From positions 26,761 to 90,760 of the forward strand of contig CAIVRE010000002.1 of assembly GCA_903908245.1 (NCBI GenBank): a stretch of DNA of 64,000 nucleotides. The letters run 5' to 3'. The first letter of the stretch is position 1. Each line of letters starts with the position of its first letter. The notes beneath the pieces are model-generated. The model did no database searches. It saw nothing but the letters and a program-made list of their open reading frames with translations, and was not told the origin of the DNA. Position numbers and translations under genes: made by a program. The DNA comes from Candidatus Omnitrophota bacterium (GTDB taxonomy: Bacteria; Omnitrophota; Gorgyraeia; Zapsychrales; Fredricksoniimonadaceae). This document shows, piece after piece, positions 36,762 to 46,146 of this stretch.

Positions 36762-36991
36762 TTCCCGTTCTTCACCCACGGCCACGGGCATTGATATTTA
36801 CAGGCGATCTCGGGATACGGCGTTTTCACGCGCTTGAGGCACGCGGCCTTGCAGCGAAAATTATCCGCGACCGGGACCAGGATGAACATCGCCAGGATAA
36901 CGATCAAAAAGATCTTCCTCTGCCGGTCGGACAACAACGGTTTTTTTGGATCCGGCGCCTGCCTTGTTTTACTGTTATTCTTCTTTCCCAT
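36758..36991 (-). CDS. Small Cys-rich single-TM protein
   Basis: 77 aa from ATG 36991 with G-rich RBS; basic N-terminus, TM, CKAAC...C...C; 4-nt overlap with rodA start. Confidence 0.6.
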   Translation of the reverse strand: MGKKNNSKTRQAPDPKKPLLSDRQRKIFLIVILAMFILVPVADNFRCKAACLKRVKTPYPEIACKYQCPWPWVKNGK

Positions 36992-37005
36992 ACTTTTATT
37001 TCCCC

Positions 37006-38514
37006 CTATTTCTTCTCTCCGAAAACGTCCGCGGTAAACACCTCGATCCGGGTCCCGGGCTGCTTCCAACAATCCAGCGCAAGGCCGGCCTTCTGCGCAC
37101 AAAGCTCGGACAAGAACCGCTCTTTGGTCCAACCCGTCTCCGTCGCGACCTGCGGCAGGAAAACACCGCGATTAAAATACCCGCGCGAAACGATAACCCC
37201 GTGCTTCCCCAGCTGGATCTCGTCGACACTCCCGATCACCCTCGGTTGGGACAAAACCGAGATCTCGATATCAATATCCTTGAGCTCCCCGGCGCTGACA
37301 GGCGGGAACCGGGGGTCCTGCGAAGCCGCGGCCACACCCATATCGCGCACCGTCCGGTACAGCGGCCCCTGGCCGATAATATTGCCGATACACCCGCGCA
37401 ACTGCCCGTGCGCATGCAGCGTCACGAACGCACCTTCTTCCGCGTTCAAACGGGGGTCTTTCTCCTCAACCTCTGCCGCCTTGCCATCACGCACAAAAGA
37501 CTCGACTGTCCCACGGGCGATCGCAAGCAAACGCGCCCGCTGAGCCTCGTTCAACACACTGCCCGCAATTCCTGCCTCCGCCACGGCAGATGCCGTATCT
37601 TTATAAAAAATGACCGACGCATACCCTACCACCCGGTCTTTATCCCCGGTAGTGTCCGCCGATGTCGCGTATTTCAAAACTTTTGCTTTCCCGAACCCCT
37701 GTGCCTTCGCATACAACATGGCCGCCGTGACCACATGAAAACCGTCAACCTCCATCGACCCGTCCCGATGGCCCTGCCACAGGGCTTCCACATCCATCGA
37801 CTCGATCGCCTTCAAGCCCCGGCCATCGATCTCATGCGCCTGCGCCTCGGTATGAAAATGAGACTGATCCACGCTCACGTCAACAAGGACATCATCACGC
37901 TTACCGACCGCCAGGGCCAAGGCATCCGCCATTGAACGCAACACATCCGCATCCGGCGGATAGCCCAGGATGACCGGGACGATCCTGGCCCCGGGGAAAG
38001 CGCGCTGGACCATCGGCAGCTGTGTTTCCACCGAATTCTCCGGCTGGCCCGGAGCGCCCTCAAAGACATCCTTACGAAAAGTAAATCGCTTGTCAAAAGA
38101 CAGTATCCTGGCCGCAAGATCCGTATCAACCTCGATCCTCCCGAGCGGCGTTTCAAAAGCCCCTTGCGCCCAGACAGAAGCACCGGAAAATGAAAAATGA
38201 TGGCTCGGGGCAAGAATAATGACCGTCGACACCTTCCGGGCAGATGCGGCCTTGAAGCCGTAGGCCGCCACAGGCGCCGAGAAAACATACCCCGCATGAG
38301 GAGAAATAAGAACGCCGATGCTTTTGCCTGCCGGCTCCTGGGCCAACGCCCCGGACGCTGTGGCAAGAAAACCATCGACCATCCGGGAAAGCTCGGCGGG
38401 TTGCCCCGGATACCAGCTTCCCGCCAATCCGGCAGTCTTGATATTATTATCGGCAAAGGAAGGCCTGCTCATGATGCACAACCCCAAAAAGGCCAGCAAG
38501 AGTTTAACCCGCAT
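37006..38514 (-). CDS. AmmeMemoRadiSam system protein B-A fusion (MEMO1-like plus AMMECR1-like) with N-terminal signal peptide
   Basis: AGSWYP, SPHAGY, PSHH, VVGYAS (B part); GAFVTL...LRGCIG, DPRF, LPQVA (A part). Confidence 0.92.
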   Translation of the reverse strand: MRVKLLLAFLGLCIMSRPSFADNNIKTAGLAGSWYPGQPAELSRMVDGFLATASGALAQEPAGKSIGVLISPHAGYVFSAPVAAYGFKAASARKVSTVIILAPSHHFSFSGASVWAQGAFETPLGRIEVDTDLAARILSFDKRFTFRKDVFEGAPGQPENSVETQLPMVQRAFPGARIVPVILGYPPDADVLRSMADALALAVGKRDDVLVDVSVDQSHFHTEAQAHEIDGRGLKAIESMDVEALWQGHRDGSMEVDGFHVVTAAMLYAKAQGFGKAKVLKYATSADTTGDKDRVVGYASVIFYKDTASAVAEAGIAGSVLNEAQRARLLAIARGTVESFVRDGKAAEVEEKDPRLNAEEGAFVTLHAHGQLRGCIGNIIGQGPLYRTVRDMGVAAASQDPRFPPVSAGELKDIDIEISVLSQPRVIGSVDEIQLGKHGVIVSRGYFNRGVFLPQVATETGWTKERFLSELCAQKAGLALDCWKQPGTRIEVFTADVFGEKK

Positions 38515-38551
38515 AATACATCACCCTATCAACGCTTCAAGGCCATCAGCC

Positions 38552-38995
38552 TCAGGAACCGGCCCGGGCATAAAGCCCGTCGATCGAGAACAGGGATGTC
38601 CTCTTGATATTGGCCAGGCATAACAATGTCAATACAATGACCGAAAGATCGACCAGGAGGACCCCGCGCAACGGGATATGGATAAGCTCACCAAAACACC
38701 CGCAGCTGTCTAACGGAAGTTGGCGAACGATCGCCTGGCTAACGATCCCGGCCAGGGATACCGACATTAAGAACAACACAACGAACGCCTGCCTGAGCCA
38801 GAGCCCCAGCAGGATGAACACCCCCACCAGTAATTCGACCCACGGGAACACCAGCGCGACCGCCGGCTCAAAACCTGTAGGGATCACCTTATACCCGTCG
38901 ATCACATACAGAAAATTCTCCATCGGGCTCAGGACTTTCTCCCCGCCGGAGATAATAAAGAGAACGCCTAAAATGATCCGGATCATAACAAACAT
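38552..38995 (-). CDS. MauE/DoxX family redox-associated membrane protein
   Basis: RIILGVLFIISG.EK, PWVEL..G, CGCFG motif. Confidence 0.88.
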   Translation of the reverse strand: MFVMIRIILGVLFIISGGEKVLSPMENFLYVIDGYKVIPTGFEPAVALVFPWVELLVGVFILLGLWLRQAFVVLFLMSVSLAGIVSQAIVRQLPLDSCGCFGELIHIPLRGVLLVDLSVIVLTLLCLANIKRTSLFSIDGLYARAGS

Positions 38996-38996
38996 A

Positions 38997-39626
38997 TCAC
39001 TTCCCCGCCGGTCCAAGGATCTTTTCAACCTCTTGCGCCATAAATGTCCCCCCGACAACACGCTTGCCGTTGACAAAGAAAGTCGGAGTCGAATTCACAT
39101 CCAGGGTTTTCCCTTCCTCCAGGTCTTTCTTGACCCTGCGCTCCGCATCAACGCTGTTGACGCACGCGGTCAGGCGCACACCATCAAGCCCGAGCGAAAC
39201 CGCCAATTCCGTAAAATACGCATCGACCGAAAACATCTCCGCCCAGCTTTTCTGGCTCTTGAAAAGCGCATCTTCCAACGGCCAGAATTTCCCCTGGTCA
39301 GCAGCGCATTCGGCAAAAATAGATGCCCGTGTTGCATGAGCATGCCGGGGCAGCGGAAAATGCTTGTGTTCCAGACATATCCTGCCTTCATAGCGGATGA
39401 ACAGGTCCTTGAGAAGTCCGTTCGCAGCGGCACAAGCGGGGCATTCAAAATCCGTGTATTCCACGATCTTGACCGGAGCGGATGGCTCCCCCCTGATCCG
39501 GCCCTGCTGATGGATGTCGATCTTCACATGCCCGGGGGCCTTGACAATACAGAACTTGTACACGCTCAAAGCGCCGATCACCAATAACACCAGAAGACCG
39601 GACAACACCTGTCGGGATATGATCAT
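38997..39626 (-). CDS. DsbA/thioredoxin-fold membrane-anchored oxidoreductase
   Basis: VEYTDFECPAC, HFPL..H, STPTFFVNG. Confidence 0.92.
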   Translation of the reverse strand: MIISRQVLSGLLVLLVIGALSVYKFCIVKAPGHVKIDIHQQGRIRGEPSAPVKIVEYTDFECPACAAANGLLKDLFIRYEGRICLEHKHFPLPRHAHATRASIFAECAADQGKFWPLEDALFKSQKSWAEMFSVDAYFTELAVSLGLDGVRLTACVNSVDAERRVKKDLEEGKTLDVNSTPTFFVNGKRVVGGTFMAQEVEKILGPAGK

Positions 39627-39663
39627 AAACCAGCTCCGGAAAAAATTACATGAAGATCAACGA

Positions 39664-40020
39664 TCAGATATATTTCCTGATCTTATCAAGAAGCTCCTGA
39701 TGCGGGAAAGGCTTGATAACATACTCCTGCACCCCCTCGGCCATAAAAATATCGACCAGCTCGGGTTTACAGGTAAGGACAATGATCGGTGTTTTTACGA
39801 CCCCTTCGATCTTGCGCATCGCAAAAAGAAAGGCGTATCCGTTAACCTTGGGCATCACCACATCGAGGATGATCAGGTCGGGATGCTCGACCTCGAGCTT
39901 CTGCAAAGCCTCATCGCCGTCATTAGCCACAACAACATCAAACCCGTGTTCCCCGAGATAACTGCCGAGCAAACGGGTCAAAGTCGGATCATCATCCGCG
40001 ATCAAAACCTTCTTGCCCAT
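39664..40020 (-). CDS. Single-domain response regulator (receiver)
   Basis: LIADDD, IILDVVMP, IVLT, IKPF. Confidence 0.93.
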   Translation of the reverse strand: MGKKVLIADDDPTLTRLLGSYLGEHGFDVVVANDGDEALQKLEVEHPDLIILDVVMPKVNGYAFLFAMRKIEGVVKTPIIVLTCKPELVDIFMAEGVQEYVIKPFPHQELLDKIRKYI

Positions 40021-40620
40021 TTAATACCTCTTTAAATGCCCCATCGTCAACTCGAGGACCATGCGCTTTTCATCACGGATGAAAACGGCCATCTCGTGCT
40101 TGAATCCTTCCTCGGAATGGAACTCGACCCCGTTCAGCGGAGAATTCACGAACGTGGTGAAATGTCCCATCTCAAGATGGCTATAACCGTGCCCGGAAAG
40201 CTCTTTCACAAAATATCCCGCGATCAGGTTTGTTACGGTCCCGCAGGCGTCCAGGGTCTCTTCCTCATCATCCTCGTCAATACGGCCATAATCCAGCAGC
40301 CACATCAAGCGCGCGATAAAATCTTCCGGGATATAAACGATAAGAGCCCCGATAGCCTTTTCATGGCCCATATGCTCTTTATCAATATAAAAATTCAACA
40401 CCGCGATCAGCGTGCGGCCGTTGAACTTCTCCAGCCCGTCGATACGCATCCGGTGGGCGAACTGGACGATCTCTTTCTCGCAAACATCAGGGTCTTTGGA
40501 AAGATGGATATCGCCCTTCTGGATGAGCATCTTCTTGACAGAAGACACAAGAATGGACGAAAGGGAAAAAAGCTCCTGATTGCTGCCGTCAAAATAAAGC
40601 GTAGGCTTAAAGTTGGACAT
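40021..40620 (-). CDS. CheX/CheC-like protein (divergent)
   Basis: DACGTVTNLIAG resembles the CheX D.xGE.xN..G motif; flanked by two receiver genes. Confidence 0.55.
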   Translation of the reverse strand: MSNFKPTLYFDGSNQELFSLSSILVSSVKKMLIQKGDIHLSKDPDVCEKEIVQFAHRMRIDGLEKFNGRTLIAVLNFYIDKEHMGHEKAIGALIVYIPEDFIARLMWLLDYGRIDEDDEEETLDACGTVTNLIAGYFVKELSGHGYSHLEMGHFTTFVNSPLNGVEFHSEEGFKHEMAVFIRDEKRMVLELTMGHLKRY

Positions 40621-40987
40621 ACGGCTTGATGACCGCCAGGACTTCATCAGGTTTATACGGTTTGATCACATATCCGACGAGTTTCGGATTGACCGCATAA
40701 GCCGCTTTCTTGCTCTCTTCCGCGGCTGACGCCGTAACCATCACAATGGGGATCTGGGACGTTGCCGGCACTTTTACCAGACCTTCCATCAATTCGAGCC
40801 CCGACATGTTCGGCATCTGATAATCACAGAACATAAGGCAGATCTCGCCAAGATGCTCGGCAATAACACCCAGAGCGGTCTCACCGTTATCCGCCTGAAG
40901 GATCTCGTTCTTGACGCCCGAATTCAGCAAAGTCTTCGACAAGAGCTTGCGGTCGAGCAAAGAATCATCAACGATCAGGATCTTCAT
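40607..40987 (-). CDS. CheY-like single-domain response regulator
   Basis: ILIVDDS, FCDYQMPNMSG, VMVT, VIKPY. Confidence 0.93.
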   Translation of the reverse strand: MKILIVDDSLLDRKLLSKTLLNSGVKNEILQADNGETALGVIAEHLGEICLMFCDYQMPNMSGLELMEGLVKVPATSQIPIVMVTASAAEESKKAAYAVNPKLVGYVIKPYKPDEVLAVIKPYVQL

Positions 40988-40998
40988 GCCCACAGGAT

Positions 40999-41220
40999 TT
41001 ATTTATCCTTCTTTTCTTCCATCGCATCGCCCGCCAAGGCACCGCCCGCCGCGCCAACCGCGCCGCCGATCAAAGCGCCTTCGCCCATATGCCCGCTCTG
41101 ATAACCGATGATCGCGCCAAGACCGGCGCCCGCCAAACCTCCCACCGTAGCCCCCTTCTGGGTGCCCGTGCAACCGGTCAACAGAAGAGAAACCAGGAGA
41201 ACCAAGCCTAATCTTTTCAT
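40999..41220 (-). CDS. Glycine-zipper lipoprotein
   Basis: Lipobox LTGC; GATVGGLAGAGLGAIIG...GALIGGAVGAAGGALAG. Confidence 0.9.
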   Translation of the reverse strand: MKRLGLVLLVSLLLTGCTGTQKGATVGGLAGAGLGAIIGYQSGHMGEGALIGGAVGAAGGALAGDAMEEKKDK

Positions 41221-41306
41221 AACCTCTCACTTTCGTTATATTTTAAGTCTTAACTTGATGTTAATTATAACCATCCAGGTCCTACGAGAAAAGGGTTTTC
41301 TGTAAA

Positions 41307-42581
41307 TTAACGGCGGCTGCGGGTGACCAGAAAATATGTCTGGCCGGCTGAACAGTCGATCTCGCCCAGGTCCTCCGCCCCGTTCACTGTCATATCCTCC
41401 GACAAATGCTCAAAACGCAAATGGTACTTGCCCGGATCAAGGCTCAGGCGCGCGACCCGTATTTCAGCCGGGAGAGCCTGCCAGCTGCGCAGATCCGCCC
41501 GCTCCGAATATATATTATATAAACTGCTCATCAGCCCGAAAAGCCCGGCCGCGGGCGACCCGAACTTCTTCTGGATATTCTCCTGCTGTTTGCGTTCCAC
41601 CAGATACTTGAGCGCCGGCCGGATGACAGCTTTGGCAAGAGCAGCCGCCTTGCGGGACTCCAGGTCTTTCATCGCCAGATCATCAATGCTCACCCCCAGC
41701 TCGGTGACTGCCTGCACTTTTACCCCGCCGGGCCCCTCCGCTGTCAGCAAACCGTTGCGCGTCGCGGAATACCGCCTGACGAACCTCGGGAAAGCCACCT
41801 GCGCTACCAACCCCCGTTCAAGAGGGACAGGGATGATCTGGGATTCCTTTACCGGAGAAAACCCGGCGGACTGCAGCACATAGACCACCGCTTTCGCATC
41901 AGCGCCGCCCCATCCATTGAGCGCCTTCAAACGGTCTTTAAGGACCTGGGGCTCATACATCCCGCCGTAATATTGCGAATACATCTCTTCGGCCTGCCGA
42001 TAAAAGATCCGGGCGTTATCACGGTCATCCGCCCTGGCCGAAGCCTCGTTCACAAACCCCATGAACATCCGGGCGAACCCGTTATCCTCAAAACGCCGGC
42101 GTTTGGCCGCCAGCGCCTGCCGTTCAACCACCTGGTATTTGGAATCCAGGTCACGCGCCTCCACCAGAGCCTCGTTCACATTGCCTGACGACAAATAATT
42201 CAGGGACTGGAACACATTGACCAGGACATATTCATAATCAGCCCCGCGATACGGCAGGGCATAATCATTCCCCATCCAGCTGACCGCTTCCTTGGAGAGT
42301 GACTGTGTATACAACTCCTCGAAACGGCGCTTGGCCTTGTCAAAACTTTGGATACTTTGCGGGTAAAGCCCGGCGTAATGCTCCACCAGGCCGCGGTCGA
42401 GATAATAGAGCAGGTAATTGCCCTGGCCATAGTCGGACGCTTCGGCCTCTATCTTCTCGGCGGCGCCCTTGATGTCCCCGGCCATTACACGGCGGTTGAT
42501 CTCGGGCTGAAGCGCCGGCCCGTTAAAGGCCGCGCAGGAAGAAACGAACAGCAGCAAAGGAAAGAAGAAACAACGGTTCAA
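41307..42581 (-). CDS. COG3014-like lipoprotein (TPR-like, LpoB-associated)
   Basis: Lipobox VSSC, LLYYLDRG, YRGADYE, ALVEAR, ADLRSWQALP. Confidence 0.8.
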   Translation of the reverse strand: MNRCFFFPLLLFVSSCAAFNGPALQPEINRRVMAGDIKGAAEKIEAEASDYGQGNYLLYYLDRGLVEHYAGLYPQSIQSFDKAKRRFEELYTQSLSKEAVSWMGNDYALPYRGADYEYVLVNVFQSLNYLSSGNVNEALVEARDLDSKYQVVERQALAAKRRRFEDNGFARMFMGFVNEASARADDRDNARIFYRQAEEMYSQYYGGMYEPQVLKDRLKALNGWGGADAKAVVYVLQSAGFSPVKESQIIPVPLERGLVAQVAFPRFVRRYSATRNGLLTAEGPGGVKVQAVTELGVSIDDLAMKDLESRKAAALAKAVIRPALKYLVERKQQENIQKKFGSPAAGLFGLMSSLYNIYSERADLRSWQALPAEIRVARLSLDPGKYHLRFEHLSEDMTVNGAEDLGEIDCSAGQTYFLVTRSRR

Positions 42582-43174
42582 ATGGAATATTGCGGACGCT
42601 TGACCAGCTTCTTGATCTTCTTCTGGCCGATCCAGACTTTTTCATTGGTGGTCATATTGACCAGCTCCAGGTTGACCTGGAACAGGATCGCGTACTCGCC
42701 CTTAATCTCGTCTTTAACGGAATTGATCGACCCCTGAAGCATAAAATCCGCGCCCTTTTCCTGCACCATGGCCGCACGGGTCTCGGGTGCGGCATTCTGC
42801 AGCTGATCGACACGTTCGGCGCGCACTTCCCCGCGCTCCGAAGAAGCCGCCACGAACTTTACTTTACCGGCATTGACCAGCGCCTGCTCGAGGTCCTGGA
42901 CAAAAACCATCGCGTCAATATGCTCGTTGCTACGGTTGCTTACAGTCCCGACAATGACAACCGGATCACGCCCTTTTTCCTTGTTGAAATTGGAAAGCCA
43001 GGCGGTCTCCAGGCAGCCCTTGACCATTTCTTCCGCGGTCATACGCGCATCCGTATCATTCCACCGGCCCGAAAGATCGACCACCTCTTTTGGCTCCTTG
43101 CGGATGACCTCCGTCGCACAACCCGATAAGGCCAATCCCGCCAGGACCAGCGCCACCCAATATGCTTTTCTCAT
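42578..43174 (-). CDS. Penicillin-binding protein activator LpoB family lipoprotein
   Basis: Lipobox LSGC, DLSGRWNDTD, NRSNEHID, GADFML.GSI, VWIGQKKIKK. Confidence 0.85.
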   Translation of the reverse strand: MRKAYWVALVLAGLALSGCATEVIRKEPKEVVDLSGRWNDTDARMTAEEMVKGCLETAWLSNFNKEKGRDPVVIVGTVSNRSNEHIDAMVFVQDLEQALVNAGKVKFVAASSERGEVRAERVDQLQNAAPETRAAMVQEKGADFMLQGSINSVKDEIKGEYAILFQVNLELVNMTTNEKVWIGQKKIKKLVKRPQYSI

Positions 43175-43178
43175 AAGA

Positions 43179-43655
43179 TCACTCCGTTACGATGATCCCG
43201 CTCTTGAAATCGGCGGTGATCGTTTCCAGCGCAGCCCTGGCCTCGTCTTCCGTGACATAAGACCCGGCACGCACCCGATACCATACCCCGCGCGCACCAA
43301 GGTCGCTGACCATGATATAAGCCTTATATCCTTTGGCCTTCAGTTTTTCCAGTGCCGATTCGGCGCGGGCCTTGTCTTTGAACGAATAGACCTGGACAGC
43401 AAAAGATTCTTTGGAGGAAAGGACCTGGGGCGCCATAACGACCGACGACGAAGGCTTAACGGCAGCAACCGCTGCCTGGTCGGCTTCGGTATGAGCAGGC
43501 TTGATCCCGGAAGGCTGCGCCTTTTCAGCCAACACATCCTGCACTGACGCCTTGACCGGCGACTTGTCTTTCGAAAAAGACATCACGCCGAACACCGCCG
43601 CCACCACCACCAAAAGAACGATGAGCCAAATTTCACTTCCTTTTCCACCAGCCAT
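43179..43655 (-). CDS. SPOR domain membrane-anchored protein
   Basis: TM, then FAVQVYSFK....A, WYRVRAG; ATG 43655 preceded by GGAGG. Confidence 0.88.
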   Translation of the reverse strand: MAGGKGSEIWLIVLLVVVAAVFGVMSFSKDKSPVKASVQDVLAEKAQPSGIKPAHTEADQAAVAAVKPSSSVVMAPQVLSSKESFAVQVYSFKDKARAESALEKLKAKGYKAYIMVSDLGARGVWYRVRAGSYVTEDEARAALETITADFKSGIIVTE

Positions 43656-43673
43656 ATAAGCCTCCATAATTAG

Positions 43674-43736
43674 GGGGACACAATACTTAATTCATTAATT
43701 TATTTGATTATATAATGAATTAAGTATTGTGTCCCC
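43674..43736. repeat. REP/MITE-like inverted repeat, family 1 copy 2
   Basis: 24-bp perfect arms GGGGACACAATACTTAATTCATTA / TAATGAATTAAGTATTGTGTCCCC. Confidence 0.85.
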
Positions 43737-43747
43737 ATATTTCTATT

Positions 43748-44551
43748 TCAATGTTTTTCAACAATAGATACAACCGACGGCTCGAATTTCGGGAACTGGC
43801 CTTTAAGCACAGCCTGGACCAGCCCCTTGGCCTCTTCGCTGAAATCCTTGCCCAGCATCCACTCCAGATAACCCGGGTCTTTTCTCGCGATCTCGCGCAG
43901 GCTCTCCTTGCGCGCGTATTTGCCGAACATCATATACAGCTCGCCGTTCCACCAGCGGAATTTCCTCTCGCTGTCATAAAAATCACTGCGCTCCGGATAA
44001 ACGAACTTCGCAAGGACTGAAACGCTGTCACTGCCTTCGCCATAACTCCTAACCTGCGCCTCCAAGACCTCAAGCGTCGCCGCAGTATCCGCCAGGGCGG
44101 AATGCGCGCCCTCCAGCGGCTTGCCGCAATAAAAAGAATACGCGGCGGTCAGGTCCCTTTTATTATTAAGGTGAAAAACTTTCTGCGCGTCATACACGAT
44201 CCGGTCTGTCATCGTAAAAGTCACGCCGGCATCAACAAATTCACGCTCGAGCAAAGGCACGTCGAACTTGTCCACATTAAATCCGCCGATATCCGCATCC
44301 CCGATAAAGGCCTGGACCTCTTTTGCGATCGTCTTGAACACCGGAGCGTCTTGCACCATTTCATCCGTAATACCGGTCAACTCCTGCACGACTTTAGGAA
44401 TAGGCATCAGAGGGTTGACCCGCTTGTGATAGGTCTCTTTCCCCCCCGACGGGAGGACCTTGATCATGGCGATCTCGATAATGCGGTCTTTCTCGATCCA
44501 GATCCCCGTCGTCTCAAGGTCAAGGATGACCAGCGGCTTGACAACATTCAT
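43748..44551 (-). CDS. DEDDh 3'-5' exonuclease (DNA polymerase III epsilon-like)
   Basis: LDLETTG, GFNVDKFD, AHSALAD, C-terminal FGKY...DPGYLEW. Confidence 0.92.
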   Translation of the reverse strand: MNVVKPLVILDLETTGIWIEKDRIIEIAMIKVLPSGGKETYHKRVNPLMPIPKVVQELTGITDEMVQDAPVFKTIAKEVQAFIGDADIGGFNVDKFDVPLLEREFVDAGVTFTMTDRIVYDAQKVFHLNNKRDLTAAYSFYCGKPLEGAHSALADTAATLEVLEAQVRSYGEGSDSVSVLAKFVYPERSDFYDSERKFRWWNGELYMMFGKYARKESLREIARKDPGYLEWMLGKDFSEEAKGLVQAVLKGQFPKFEPSVVSIVEKH

Positions 44552-44566
44552 AAGGAACCCTTTCAA

Positions 44567-45220
44567 TTAATCCAGCTGGGATTCGAGTTCCCGGAAAAGT
44601 TCATCGGTCTTCTTCATGACATCCGCCTTGACCATCTTGAGCGTTTCCGCGTCTTTCTTGAAAGAACGGATCGCGTTGAGGAACCGGCGCAAAGAAGCGA
44701 TATTGCGCAACTCACGCTCTTCAGCCGGGTCAACCTGCTTGCGCTCCTTGATCATCGAGGTCAGGTCCTTGCGCACCAGAGCCGCGTTGCACCCCTTGTC
44801 GAAGACCTGCTTGCGCAATTCCGACAGGTCCTGCTTGGTAAGCTCCTTGCGGTTCCTGGCCAAACGAAGGACATTGATCGCGTCGAGCTCCGGCAGGGCG
44901 GAAGGCTCGTGCGCCTCCATATATTCGCTCTTGAGGTACGCAGGCTCCTGCTGTTCAACGAACTGATAGGTCTTGACCAGTTTGAGCGCCATCGGCTTCT
45001 TGATGCCCAGTTCGCGCTCGGCGTACTGCTCGAACTTCTCATAGCCCCAGTATTCATAAAGCTTGTCCTGCCAGATCGAATGCAAGACCTGCGCCAAAGC
45101 GACCCAGGACGCCTTGAAATCCTTTGTCCCCCCGGCGGCACGGACACGAAGTTCCTTGCTCGTGGGATTATCCATCTTCTTGAGTTTACTGATCCGTTCT
45201 TCCTGGTCGATAACAGACAT
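44567..45220 (-). CDS. Hypothetical alpha-helical protein
   Basis: 217-aa ORF tightly packed in operon; FKASWVALAQ.L..I...KLY..WGY..FE.Y...ELGI motif. Confidence 0.8.
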   Translation of the reverse strand: MSVIDQEERISKLKKMDNPTSKELRVRAAGGTKDFKASWVALAQVLHSIWQDKLYEYWGYEKFEQYAERELGIKKPMALKLVKTYQFVEQQEPAYLKSEYMEAHEPSALPELDAINVLRLARNRKELTKQDLSELRKQVFDKGCNAALVRKDLTSMIKERKQVDPAEERELRNIASLRRFLNAIRSFKKDAETLKMVKADVMKKTDELFRELESQLD

Positions 45221-45221
45221 A

Positions 45222-46082
45222 TTACATTTTCTCCATCTTTATCTTCTTGAATTCCGCCAGTACTTTGGCCCTGGTGATCCCTCCGGGAATATCTGCGCCG
45301 ACATTCGCCGTTCCCGCCGCCGCCGCCGATCGCAAGGCATCCTGGAACGACGCTCCGCGCATATGCCCGGCCAGGAACCCCGCCAAAGACGCGTCCCCGC
45401 AGCCAACCGTCACCCCTGCGCAACGCGGTCCACGCGCCAGGAACATATTCTGCCCGTCAAAACCCGCCAGACCGTCTTCATCGAGTGATAACAGGACTCT
45501 TGTCATACCATATCCCGCCAGCATTTGCAAAGCCTTCCTGACAGCACGGGTTGACCTGATCTTGAAACCGAAAAAGTCTTGCGCCTCTTCACGATTAGGC
45601 TTAACACACCACGGCCCGGCCTTAACACCTTTTGCCAAAGGGATCCCGCTCGAATCAAGCACCGTCAGTATTCCCTTACAGCGCGCCGCCCTGATCAGGC
45701 GGGCATAAATATCGTCCGGAGCGCCCGGAGGGATACTGCCGCACAGCGCCAGCACACGGGCGCCGTCCAAATGCCGCACGATAAAACCTTCAACCTTTTT
45801 CCAGTCCCCGGCCGATAAATACGGCCCCGGCTCGATAAAACGGGTACAGCTCCCGGCAAGATCAACAACGGTCGTGTTCACCCGGACCTTAACCGCCGGG
45901 ACCGTATCCTTCAGCGTCAACGAAAGCGCCTTCACGCCCAGGGCTGTCAACGCCCTTGCCAGGTTCACGCCTTTGCCGCCATCAGCCGAACGCACCCCGC
46001 GGGCACGCATCTCTGCCCCAGGGATCAATTGATCCACAAGGATCGTCCGGTCAATGGAAGGATTTAAGGTAATGATCAACAT
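45222..46082 (-). CDS. 1-phosphofructokinase family (PfkB) hexose kinase
   Basis: TLNPSIDRT, GGKGVN, KPNREEA, TVGCGDA. Confidence 0.92.
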   Translation of the reverse strand: MLIITLNPSIDRTILVDQLIPGAEMRARGVRSADGGKGVNLARALTALGVKALSLTLKDTVPAVKVRVNTTVVDLAGSCTRFIEPGPYLSAGDWKKVEGFIVRHLDGARVLALCGSIPPGAPDDIYARLIRAARCKGILTVLDSSGIPLAKGVKAGPWCVKPNREEAQDFFGFKIRSTRAVRKALQMLAGYGMTRVLLSLDEDGLAGFDGQNMFLARGPRCAGVTVGCGDASLAGFLAGHMRGASFQDALRSAAAAGTANVGADIPGGITRAKVLAEFKKIKMEKM

Positions 46083-46089
46083 AAATGAT

Positions 46090-46122
46090 AAACCTCCTTC
46101 ATCCCGGGGATGAAGGAGGTTT
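46090..46122. repeat. REP-like palindrome, family 2 (may also act as a terminator)
   Basis: AAACCTCCTTCATCCC-G-GGGATGAAGGAGGTTT 16-bp inverted repeat. Confidence 0.65.
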
Positions 46123-46146
46123 AATTACAACTGCAAAATAAACAAA

